Shown here: in pieces, positions 18,496 to 28,600 of the stretch | Layout: the number at the start of each line of letters is the position of its first letter | Position numbering within the stretch: the first letter of the stretch is position 1 | From: Flavobacterium sp. | GTDB taxonomy: Bacteria; Bacteroidota; Bacteroidia; Flavobacteriales; Flavobacteriaceae | Assembly (NCBI RefSeq): GCF_035343975.1 | Contig: NZ_DAORAB010000002.1 | DNA length: 58,772 nucleotides | Strand: one strand, 5' to 3' | Notes under the pieces: generated by a model | The model's input: the letters and a program-made list of their open reading frames with translations, nothing else | Databases searched by the model: none | What the model was told of the DNA's origin: nothing | Position numbers and translations under genes: made by a program

Positions 18496-19638
18496 TTATT
18501 CTTCTTTAGTACTAAAATAAAGCCATTCTATGGCTTTCGGGAATTCATCGCTCCAATAGCGTTCATTGTGTTTTCCTTCCATATTGATGCTCAAGCGTAC
18601 TTTCATTTTATCGCTGTAGCCTTCTTTTTTGAGTAATCTTTTCCTGAAGTTCTTAACATGGTCGATCATTGTGGCGCTTTCATCTCCTCCCGCATATAAA
18701 TAAATACGTGTGTTTTGTGGTTCATCCATATCTAAAAACGATAATTTTATTTTAGGAACAACCCAAAGCGACGGTGAGAAAATCATCAGTTTTCCAAAAA
18801 CTTCGGGATACATGATTCCCGAAAAGATACTAACCAAACCTCCCATTGAGCTTCCTCCTATTCCGGTGTTATCCCTGTCGGTTTTAGTTCTGAAGTTAGA
18901 ATCAATAAAGGGTTTCAGCGTTTCTGTGAGGAAACGGATGTATTTTTTACCCTGACCATTTCCCAGTACGGTATTACCAACATTATACTCTTTGATCCGT
19001 TCTTTTTCCGCATGTTCAACAGCAACGATGATTATTTTACCGATGTTGTATTCGGCCATAACAGCCAATTTTTTATCGATTTCCCAATTGCCATATTTGG
19101 CGTTTTCATTAAACAAATTCTGTGCGTCTTGAAGATATAAAACCGGATAACTTTCAGTTGATGTTTCATAATCATGAGGCAATAAAGCCCAGACTCTGCG
19201 AGTTTTGTTTAGTTGCGGGATTTCAAACTCTTCTGAAATTAAATGCACTTTCGGCAAAAATTTTGATTTGAAAGGAAGCCAGTTTTTACGCCATTTGTCA
19301 ACATGTTCTTTGCGCACACCATTATGACTTTTACAGGAACGGTTTTCGGTACGGTTGCCATATTTATCAATCTCAACTTCACTCCAATCGCCACGGGTAA
19401 ATTTATACAGCAGTTCATCGGGATAAACAAAATCGTGTTCAAACTTGAAATGATACAAGCCTTGACCAACTTTTTCCATTTCAAATTTTTTGTCTTGCGT
19501 TACCCAATTATTGAAATTACCCGAAATATAAACCGGGCGATCGTCATCTTCATCGGTAGTCAAAATAATATTGAGCTGTGGTTCGACAATATTTTTAATT
19601 ATTACATCTTCTGCCACATTGACTTGTTCTTTGCTCAT
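18496..19638 (-). CDS. Putative esterase with N-terminal CBM20/CBM48-like beta-sandwich
   Basis: N-terminal VYISGNFNNW...YKFTRGDW; YPVLYLQDAQNLF, GGSSMGG, HNERYW. Confidence 0.85.
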   Translation of the reverse strand: MSKEQVNVAEDVIIKNIVEPQLNIILTTDEDDDRPVYISGNFNNWVTQDKKFEMEKVGQGLYHFKFEHDFVYPDELLYKFTRGDWSEVEIDKYGNRTENRSCKSHNGVRKEHVDKWRKNWLPFKSKFLPKVHLISEEFEIPQLNKTRRVWALLPHDYETSTESYPVLYLQDAQNLFNENAKYGNWEIDKKLAVMAEYNIGKIIIVAVEHAEKERIKEYNVGNTVLGNGQGKKYIRFLTETLKPFIDSNFRTKTDRDNTGIGGSSMGGLVSIFSGIMYPEVFGKLMIFSPSLWVVPKIKLSFLDMDEPQNTRIYLYAGGDESATMIDHVKNFRKRLLKKEGYSDKMKVRLSINMEGKHNERYWSDEFPKAIEWLYFSTKEE

Positions 19639-19791
19639 TGTGATATCCGTATTCTAAATTTTAAGAGTAGTAAAAATACTTTTTTGCCGTATCAAAACAA
19701 AGTCTTTATCTAAAAATATGGATATTTAAACAGAACAGAAATCTTGTTGAAGAATCGTATTTTTCGTTACCAATTTTTGAGAATAAAGCAT

Positions 19792-19824
19792 AAAAAAAAC
19801 CTAACATCTAAAAGTGTTAGGTTT
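19792..19824 (-). terminator. Intrinsic terminator after the DUF2231-like gene
   Basis: Stem AAACCTAACA/TGTTAGGTTT with a U-run on the minus strand. Confidence 0.7.
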
Positions 19825-19846
19825 ACGGTTATTGAATAAGTTATAT

Positions 19847-20329
19847 TTAATCATTATCATTTGTTTCATTGGCGTTAGTTTGAGGTGCATTAATTCTGAT
19901 TTCGGTATGGCGAATCTCTCCACCTGAAGTCCCAACGCTTTTGGCTAAAATTATACTAATTGTAGCGATAATCATAACAACATAGGATGTTAATGAGGCT
20001 TTACTATGATTTTTACTATTGGTGTACAATCCAAATAAAGAAACAGCTCCCAATAGATATAAAAGAACAGCCAATTTTTCGGCTAATTCTTCATGTTCAT
20101 GAATAATCTGTTTGCCTATGCTTGGCATATCTTCTACTAATTCTTCAGCTCCTTCTCCGGTAAACATGCTTAAAGCAGCAAAAACTGCGGCAACAATAAA
20201 TAAAACGTAGGAAACATTTTTAATGGTTTTGTTTTTAAAAATTATTCCTGTCAATAAAATACCAAATCCGAAAATTGTTCCGATTATCGGAAAATGATTT
20301 ACCAGTAAATGTAAATGTGCGTCGTTCAT
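19847..20329 (-). CDS. DUF2231-like multi-pass membrane protein
   Basis: HLLVNHFPI motif, about 4 TM helices, HEHEE and GGEIRH histidines. Confidence 0.7.
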   Translation of the reverse strand: MNDAHLHLLVNHFPIIGTIFGFGILLTGIIFKNKTIKNVSYVLFIVAAVFAALSMFTGEGAEELVEDMPSIGKQIIHEHEELAEKLAVLLYLLGAVSLFGLYTNSKNHSKASLTSYVVMIIATISIILAKSVGTSGGEIRHTEIRINAPQTNANETNDND

Positions 20330-20430
20330 AAAGCTAAAATTATATTAAAGAAGCTTAAATTTATAACTTCTGAACAATCCCTCAAATGATTAACGTTACA
20401 TTTTTTTTTCAGAATTGATTTTAACAAAAA

Positions 20431-21813
20431 TTATTTGGAAAAACTTAATATTACGCTTGTACCAACACTTTCCTTACTTTCAATTTTTAAATCAATTTGA
20501 AGTAAGCTACACAATCTTTTAACTATAGACAAACCTAATCCTGTTCCTTTAATTTCCGGATGCTGGTTTGATTTTGATCTATAAAATTGGTCAAATATTT
20601 TTTGCATATCTTCCTCGGCAATGCCAATTCCACAATCAGAAATAGTACAGATTGTCTTGTGTTTATCTTCGAAAATATCGAAGGTTATTGAGCCATTGGC
20701 ATTAGAATATTTGACTGCATTTGTCAGAATATTATTTATCACTATTGTAAATAAATAAGAATCGGTTTCAACATAAAAATCTTTAGCAAAATGAGCCTCG
20801 CAATTGAGTTTCTTCTCATTGATGATGGCAGAATTTCTGGAAATTACATCAAGGAAAAGGGCATTCAGCGAAATCTTCTCTAATTTTATAGATTGCTTCT
20901 GATTTTCGAAACGAGCTAACAGTAGTAATTCATCAACCAAAAGATTTAATCGGTTAACTTCGTTGATGCAGAAATCGATTTTCTCCTTGTATTCTTCGGG
21001 GTTTCTTGGCTTTCTGACCAAAACTTCCAAAGTTCCCTTGATAACAGCTAACGGTGTCCTTAGCTCGTGTGAAGCATCGGAAGTAAATTGTTTTTCCCTT
21101 TCAATCGCATTCTCAACTCTGTCCAAAAGATTATTTATCGTTTTGGAAAGCAAATGGAGTTCATCTTTATTTATTGGCAAAGGAATCCTCGATTTCAGGT
21201 TGTCTTTTGTAATGATATTTGAAGTATGAATAATGGAACTAATTGGTTTGATGCTTCGTCCCGCAATGAATCGGGCTATAAGAAACAGTACTAAAAGTAT
21301 CAATGGATAAGCTACGACCAATATGAAAAACAAATTGTTCAGCACCATTTTAGAATCTTCTAGCGACATGGCAATAATCATAAAACCAATAATCTTAGTG
21401 TTCTGATATAATGGAACTTGTATCTGTCTAACTGAAGTTTTTTCTAACTTAGCATCAAACAAAACATTATTGATAGCTTCGGGGTAATAGTTTAGTTTTT
21501 TCTGCTTTAAATTGGGAGATTTATCAACCAACGCGCCTAATTCATCCACAAATTGTATGAATGCCGGACTAATATCAACCTTATTGAATTGTATCTTCTT
21601 CCATTGCTTTTCCCTGATAAGAAGTACGCAATTTTCCTTGACTTCAATTTCTTTTAAATGCTTGGCAACTTCAGCCTTTATATCGCTATTGACTTTGATA
21701 TAAACACTAAATCTTACTATCCCATAAATAACCCCGAAAACCACAAAAATCAACAATGCAGTAGATATCAGATAATTCGAGGCTATCCTGTTTTTAAAAG
21801 AAAGTTGCTGCAT
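20431..21813 (-). CDS. HAMP-domain sensor histidine kinase
   Basis: Two TM helices, DASHELRTP, NAVKY, DCGIG, GTGLGL. Confidence 0.95.
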   Translation of the reverse strand: MQQLSFKNRIASNYLISTALLIFVVFGVIYGIVRFSVYIKVNSDIKAEVAKHLKEIEVKENCVLLIREKQWKKIQFNKVDISPAFIQFVDELGALVDKSPNLKQKKLNYYPEAINNVLFDAKLEKTSVRQIQVPLYQNTKIIGFMIIAMSLEDSKMVLNNLFFILVVAYPLILLVLFLIARFIAGRSIKPISSIIHTSNIITKDNLKSRIPLPINKDELHLLSKTINNLLDRVENAIEREKQFTSDASHELRTPLAVIKGTLEVLVRKPRNPEEYKEKIDFCINEVNRLNLLVDELLLLARFENQKQSIKLEKISLNALFLDVISRNSAIINEKKLNCEAHFAKDFYVETDSYLFTIVINNILTNAVKYSNANGSITFDIFEDKHKTICTISDCGIGIAEEDMQKIFDQFYRSKSNQHPEIKGTGLGLSIVKRLCSLLQIDLKIESKESVGTSVILSFSK

Positions 21814-21818
21814 TTTAA

Positions 21819-22484
21819 TTAATCTTTAGCGACATAACCAACACCCCGGATGGTTCTTATATAATCCTGATCTACCTTTAAATTCAATTTCTTCCTGAGT
21901 GAATTCATGAAGACATCAATGACACCAGTTTCGTATTCGAAATGAATGTTCCAGACATCTTTGATTATTTGTGCTCTTGAACAAATATCTCCTTTGTTCC
22001 TAACCAAATAGCACAGTAAATCAAACTCTTTCTGTGTTAATGTAACTTCACGGTTATCGACCTTAACAGAAAACCTTGGAACATTAATTTCAATTGTGCC
22101 TAATATTAGAATATCCTGCTCGTTAAAGTCACGAAGCTGTACTTTGATACGTTCAACCAACTCATCAAAACTAAAAGGCTTTTTGATATAATCATTCGCT
22201 CCGGCTTTTAATCCCTCAACAGTTTCTTGAACCGTATCTCTTGCAGTTAAAAATATAATAGGAATTTTTGTGTTGATTTCCCTAATACTCTGGCAGACTT
22301 CAATTCCGGTCATCTTAGGCAACATCCAATCCAGAAGCACTAAATCAAATTTATCCTTTTTAAAAAATTCAAAACCATCTGCACCATTATTAGCGGCCGA
22401 AACCCTGTAATTCTCTTCTTCCAATCCCTGCTTTAAGAATTGAACAATTCCTTCTTCATCTTCAACTATTAAAATGTGTTTCAT
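21819..22484 (-). CDS. OmpR-family response regulator
   Basis: VEDE, LDWMLP, KPF, winged helix TIRGVGY. Confidence 0.95.
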   Translation of the reverse strand: MKHILIVEDEEGIVQFLKQGLEEENYRVSAANNGADGFEFFKKDKFDLVLLDWMLPKMTGIEVCQSIREINTKIPIIFLTARDTVQETVEGLKAGANDYIKKPFSFDELVERIKVQLRDFNEQDILILGTIEINVPRFSVKVDNREVTLTQKEFDLLCYLVRNKGDICSRAQIIKDVWNIHFEYETGVIDVFMNSLRKKLNLKVDQDYIRTIRGVGYVAKD

Positions 22485-22574
22485 TTATTTTAAGTTTTCT
22501 TGATGCTAAAGATAATTTAAAATTAAAATGTTGTCAATTCATTTCTACTTTTTAATCAAATCTTAAGTGAAAAT

Positions 22575-22606
22575 AAAAATGACCTCCGATTTCTCGAAGG
22601 TCATTT
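22575..22606 (-). terminator. Intrinsic terminator of the large T9SS gene
   Basis: AAATGACCTCCGA-TTTC-TCGAAGGTCATTT with a U-run on the minus strand. Confidence 0.7.
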
Positions 22607-22630
22607 CCATTTATAAAAAATCTAATCTAA

Positions 22631-25600
22631 TTATCTCTTAACAACTCTGAATGTTTGAGCAGTTTTATCCTGAGATACAACTACATTGTAAACACCACTT
22701 GGGTATTGATCTCCAATTGTAGCTGTTTCCATATCTGAAACCTTTACATCACGTTGCTCAATCAATCTTCCAACCATATCGTAAACTTTTAAGTTTATCG
22801 ATACACTACTGCCTGTTCGAACATCAATCATGAAGTTATTCGCAAACGGGTTTGGATAAGCTGTCGCCTTAAATTCAAGATCATTAGCTCCTTTTGACGA
22901 AGCTGTGAATAAATCACAAGCAGTAGAATAATCTCCAAACACACCGTTTTGTTTTATGGCTATCGAAACATTGTAGTTTTTACCCGGCTGTGCAATTGAG
23001 AACTGATTTAATCTAAAGTAAGCATATGAAACAACTATTTCCTGTGAATTCGTTACATCTTCACCATCGATTTCATCTAACTTAACTTTGTAGTTAGGGA
23101 AACCTTGGTAAGGAATGATATTCAACTGTTGTGTTAAGGATGTCGGAGTATCTGAACCACACTGTGACTGAACAAGTGAGGTTGTTGGGAAGAATGGTGT
23201 TTTAATCATAGTTTCAGGTCCATATCCTGACCATGTCGTAACACTATTGTTAACAATACTATATTGTACCGATATCGAATAATGTGTATTATAAGACCAG
23301 GTAATTCCCTGGAATGCAGTAAGTGAAGAGAAACGGCTTGCATTTGGCGCTGAATAATAATATGTTGGAGAATATCCATTATCATTTGTCAATAGTATAC
23401 GGAATTGATATGAAACCGCATATGGTGCAGAAGTGGCCGTAATGCCTGCATTCATTGCTGCAACCTGAGTTCCTTGAGTTGGTGAAGCTAACCCTATCAA
23501 CGGAATAGATGGTGTATTAATTGTACACTCTGCGCCATAGCCCGATTCAACAGGAGCGTTGGTCACAGGATCTATAGATGTATATTGTACCGCTATTTTA
23601 TAACTTGTACTATATGACAATGGGAAACCAGTAAATGTATTAGCTCCTACAAAGCGGCTTGATGACGATGAGTAACCATAAGTTGGATTTGGATTACTAT
23701 CATTCAAACGAATACGGAAAGAATAAGATGTAGCATGCAAGCCTGAATTAGCCGAAATTGTAGATGTTAATGCTCCCAATGTAGATCCACAACTTGATGG
23801 GCTTAAGGTAACTCTGTCAACTGTAGGACTAAATAAAGTAATCGTATTTCCTGCAAAAGCTACTATTTCATCATTAATAACCGCCGAAACTTTAATAGTA
23901 TACGTAGCATTGTACAAATGAAGTGATGCCGGGATAGTTATATAACGTGACGTTTGTATAATGTCAGCAGCTGTTATACCTGTGGTAACATTCGTAATTG
24001 AATAACGATACTTAATGTTTGTTGTTCCAGGGTAAGTATATGCTACAGCCGGTATTGCAGTTGAGAATGATGGTAATGTAGTATTGTGATATGATGCTGT
24101 CATATTTACTACTACTGGCGCACAACCATCAGATTTAATTCCGTTACAATTCTCATCAATATTATTGTAGCATATATCAGTCGCACCCGGATTTATAGCC
24201 GGATTATTATCTAAACAATCTCCACCACCTAATAATGTTGCAGTAGTATAACCAGCTCCAGGAGAAGTACATGATGGTACTGGCGAACCTGTATAATAAT
24301 TATCATTATCCGCATCCAAGTACCATAATGGCTGAGGTGTGATAGTAATATTAGCTGGTGCACTTGTAACTGTACAGCCATTTGGAGCTGTATAGGTATA
24401 AGTGTAGGTAGTGCTTGAACTTCCAATATATGGATTAGCGACACTAAAACTGCCTGAACCTCCTGTTGGTGTTCCTGAACCAGATAATGCTATTGAACTA
24501 CCCGAACAGCCACTAACATCTGAAGCAGATACGATTGGAAGTGTTTTTACTATAACAGTTGAACTAACTGTTGCAAAAGTTGAACTGCTACAATTAGCAT
24601 TAACCACACTTGTTAAAGTCAAAGTAACATCAGAAGTAGCGTTAACTGCAGTTAAAATTTGATTAACTCCGGTCAAAGCCAATTGTTGTGTTCCGACCTG
24701 ACCGGTTATGGTATAATTCAAAGTGGCTCCGTTTGATCCATTGACAGTGAATACAGCATTAGACCCTGAGCAAATTGTTCCACCATTGGCAACAATCGTT
24801 GCTGATGGTGTCGGATTTATAGTAACTTGTGAAGCATCAGTGGTTGTAGTGCTTGAAGCATTATTTCCCGCTGTGTCGCTTAGGTTAATTGAGAATGTTA
24901 CAACATTACCCGAACAATTTGTTACTGTTTTTGTAGCTGACCACGAAGTTCCGCTTCCGCTGACAGAAGCAGGCGAACCATCGATAATCACAGCGGGGGT
25001 AACAGGAATAGTTTCTGAAGTTGTAAAGCTTAAAGTAATAACATCACCTGTTCCGGCAACTGAAACATTTGCATTACTTGATGCAATAGAAATAGAAGTG
25101 AAAGTTGGTGTCAAAGTATCAACAGTAACAGATGAACTATTGGTAGTTGCAGTTCTTGAAACACTATTTCCTGCAGCATCGACAATACTGATTGAGAATG
25201 GTGCAACACCATTACTATCACCAGCAAGTACTGTCCTTGTAGCTATGTATGAAGTTCCACTTCCGCTAACAGAGGCTGAACCACCACTTATAGTTACTAT
25301 AGGTGTAGACACAGGTGTTTCTGACGTTGTAAAACTAACCGTAATAATATCACCTGCTTTAGCCAACGATGCCGAATTTGCATTATCTGATGCAATCGAA
25401 GCTGTTGGAATAGTTGGAGCAATAGTATCAACAGTTACTGATGAACTATCTGTAGTTGCAGTTCTCGATGCGGTATTTCCTGCCGCATCAGCTATACTGA
25501 TTGAGAAAGGTGCAGTACCATTAGTATCACCTGCAAGTACCGTTCTGGTAGCTGTATAAGAAGTACCGCTTCCACTAACAGAAGCTGTTCCACCGCTTAT

Positions 25601-28600
25601 TGTAACTGTTGGCGTAGCTGCAGGTGTTTCTGATGTTGTAAAACTTACCGTAATAACATCTCCTGCTTTAGCTAATGATGCTGAATTAACATTATTAGAT
25701 GCGATTGAAGCAGTTGGGATTGTTGGAGCAATTGTATCAATTGTCACCGACGAACTATTAGTAGTTGTAGTTTGTGTGGATGTATTTCCGGCAGCATCCC
25801 TGATACTGATTGAAAACGGTACAACTCCATTGGTATCACCACCAGCAACTGTTCTCGTAGCTGAATATGACGTACCACTTCCGCTAACTGTAGCTGAAGC
25901 TCCATTTATTGTTACGGTTGGTGTAGCTGATGGAGTTTGTGATGTTGTAAAACTTAACGTAATTATATTTCCGGTTCTGGCCAATGAAGTGTTAGCGTTA
26001 TTAGATGCTATTGAAATCGCTGTAAATATTGGTGCTGAAGTATCTACCGTAACAGATGAACTGTTTGTTGTAGTACTTCTTGTTGTAGTATTTCCTGCAG
26101 CATCTGCAATTGAGATTAAAAACGGAGCAACTCCATTGACATCACCTGCAAGTACTACTCTTGTTGCTGTATAGGAAGTTCCGCTTCCGCTAACTGTAGC
26201 TGACAATCCATTTATGGTCACTGTTGGCGTAGAAGCCGGAGTCTGAGATGTTGTGAACGTTAAGGTAATTGTATCTCCTGCTTTAGCCAATGTTGTAGTG
26301 GCATTATTTGAAGCTATCGTTCCTGTTGGAATAGTTGGAGCAACAGTATCAATGGTAACAGAAGAACTATCTGTAGTTGTAGTTCTTGATGTTGTATTCC
26401 CAGCGGCATCAGCAATACTGATTGAGAAAGAAGCCGCACCATTGGTATCACCTGCAAGTACTGTTCTGGTAGCTGTGTAGGAAGTCCCGCTTCCGCTAAC
26501 AGTGGCTGATCCGCCGCTTATGGTTGCTGTTGGTGTGGAAGCCGGAGTTTCTGATGTAGTAAAACTTACAGTAATAACATCACCCGCTTTAGCAAGCGTC
26601 GTAGTTGCATTGTTAGAGGCAATTGTAGCTGTTGGAATTGTTGGTGCCGAAGTATCTACGGTGACTGAAGAACTGTTTGTAGTTGAAGTTCGTGATACCG
26701 AATTTCCTGCCACATCAACGATTGTGATTGAAAATGGAGCAATGCCATTGGTATCACCTGCAAGTACTGTTCTGGTAGCTGTATAAGAAGTTCCACTTCC
26801 GCTAACAGTAGCAGTCCCACCGCTTATAGTAACTGTTGGTGTTGAAGCAGGAGTCTCTGAAGTCGTAAAACTTACAGTAATAACATTACCAGCTTTAGCT
26901 AATGAAGTGTTAGCATTATTTGATGCTATTGTTCCTGTTGGAATTGTCGGCGCAACAGTATCAACAGTAACAGATGAACTATTACTAACTGTAGTACGTG
27001 TCGCTGAACAACCAAAAGCATTTTGGAATGAAAGAGAAAAAGTAGCCAAACCATTTGCATCGCCACTTACAGTTTTAGAAGCAGTGTATGAAGTACCACT
27101 TCCGCTAACAGTAGCTGCTGAACCGTTTATAGTTGCTGTAGGTGTAACGCCCGGAGTTTCCGAAGTGGTAAAGCTTACAGTAATAACATCTCCGTTTTTA
27201 GCATAAGATGTATTTGCATTATTTGACGCAATCGTAGCCACAGTAATCGCTGCTGTACAACTTCCGGTATTAACCGTAATATAACCAGTTGTTCCCGATG
27301 TAAAATAAGTATCAGATTTATAAACAGTTGGTGTAGCTGATGTACTGGTACTTCCAAATTTAGCCGCAGCTGTTCCAAAACCTCCAAGGGTTAATGTGTT
27401 AGCTGTATGTGTAGTCAATGTCCCTAAGTTTGCAAAAGCACCTGATGCAATTGAAAGATTTCCTCCGACAGTAACTTGTTTATTAAATGATTTTGTTCCT
27501 CCCGATAATAATAGGTTGTTGAAATTAATTGAAGATGATGAACCTCCGATAGTTTGTGCAGTTCCGTTAAGCGATATTGTTCCGGTTCCTGGTACAAATG
27601 TTCCTCCGTTATTAGTCCAGTTTCCTGAAATCAGGTGTGTGAATGTTCCGGCAGTTAAAGAACTTCCGGAACTAATTGTAACATTACTTGCGACAATTGC
27701 AGCATTTAAAGTTACTGTGCCTGATGTATTTGAAATTGTTAAATTGTTTATTGTTGTGTTGCCAAAATTTGCAGTTTGATTTGCACCACCATTAAAAACA
27801 TAGTTTGCGCCAGCATCGAAATTACGACTCATCGTGTTTGAAATAGTTCCAACAGTAGTTGAAAAGACCCCATTTGTATTAGCAGTGATTAATGTAGCTC
27901 CTGCTGACAAATTAAATACTTCACTTCCTGTACTTGCACCACCTAATATAAAGGTTTGAGCATCCAAAGTACCATTAACTAAAACTGTACTTGCCGGTAA
28001 ACCACTCGAAGAACCAAAAGTTAAATTCGTAAGCAACTGAAGCGTCGAGCCCGTATTCACAGTCATTGAAGTGTATTGCGAATTCGTTCCGCTATAACTT
28101 AAGGTTTGAGTTCCGACCTTGTTAAAAATAATGCCTCCTACTTGTGTTGAAGAAGATGTGTAGAAAACATTTGTCGAGCTATGCACAAAATTTCCTGAAA
28201 TCCTAAATTGCGAATGGTTAACCGTAGTTCCCAAACCAAAATCCAATGAACAGTTTGTCCTGTTAGCATCATTTGAGCTACCTCCTGTTCCGTTAAAGGT
28301 CACATCACCAGCATTGAAGGAACATGTATTAGATGAACCTGCATTATCCATAATAATGACACCACTTCCTGAAATTGTTGTAGCACCAGTAACATTAACT
28401 GTTGCTCCGGTAGCAGATGAACTATTTTCCAAAATGAATGTACCGCTTGATAATCCATAAGTCCCGCCAACATTTAAAGTAGAATTATTTGCTCCGCTGG
28501 AAACTCTAAAATTACCACCACTGTTACTAAAGTTGCCTGTAATACCTAAAGTGTAACTGCTTGTTGAAGCTCCTATGGTATAAGTTCCAGCTGTTTTATT

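Noticed and set aside
19303-19713. 136-aa plus-strand ORF
   Set aside because: Mostly antisense to the CBM-esterase gene and has no recognisable motif
24810-27240. Repeat array considered as CRISPR or DGR template/variable repeats
   Set aside because: Units are ~306-nt in-frame coding repeats without spacers; no cas or reverse transcriptase gene is present
24411-27779. Long plus-strand ORFs (up to 278 aa) opposite the adhesin
   Set aside because: Antisense shadows of Thr/Ser/Gly/Ala-rich repeat codons, with non-ATG starts and no independent signals
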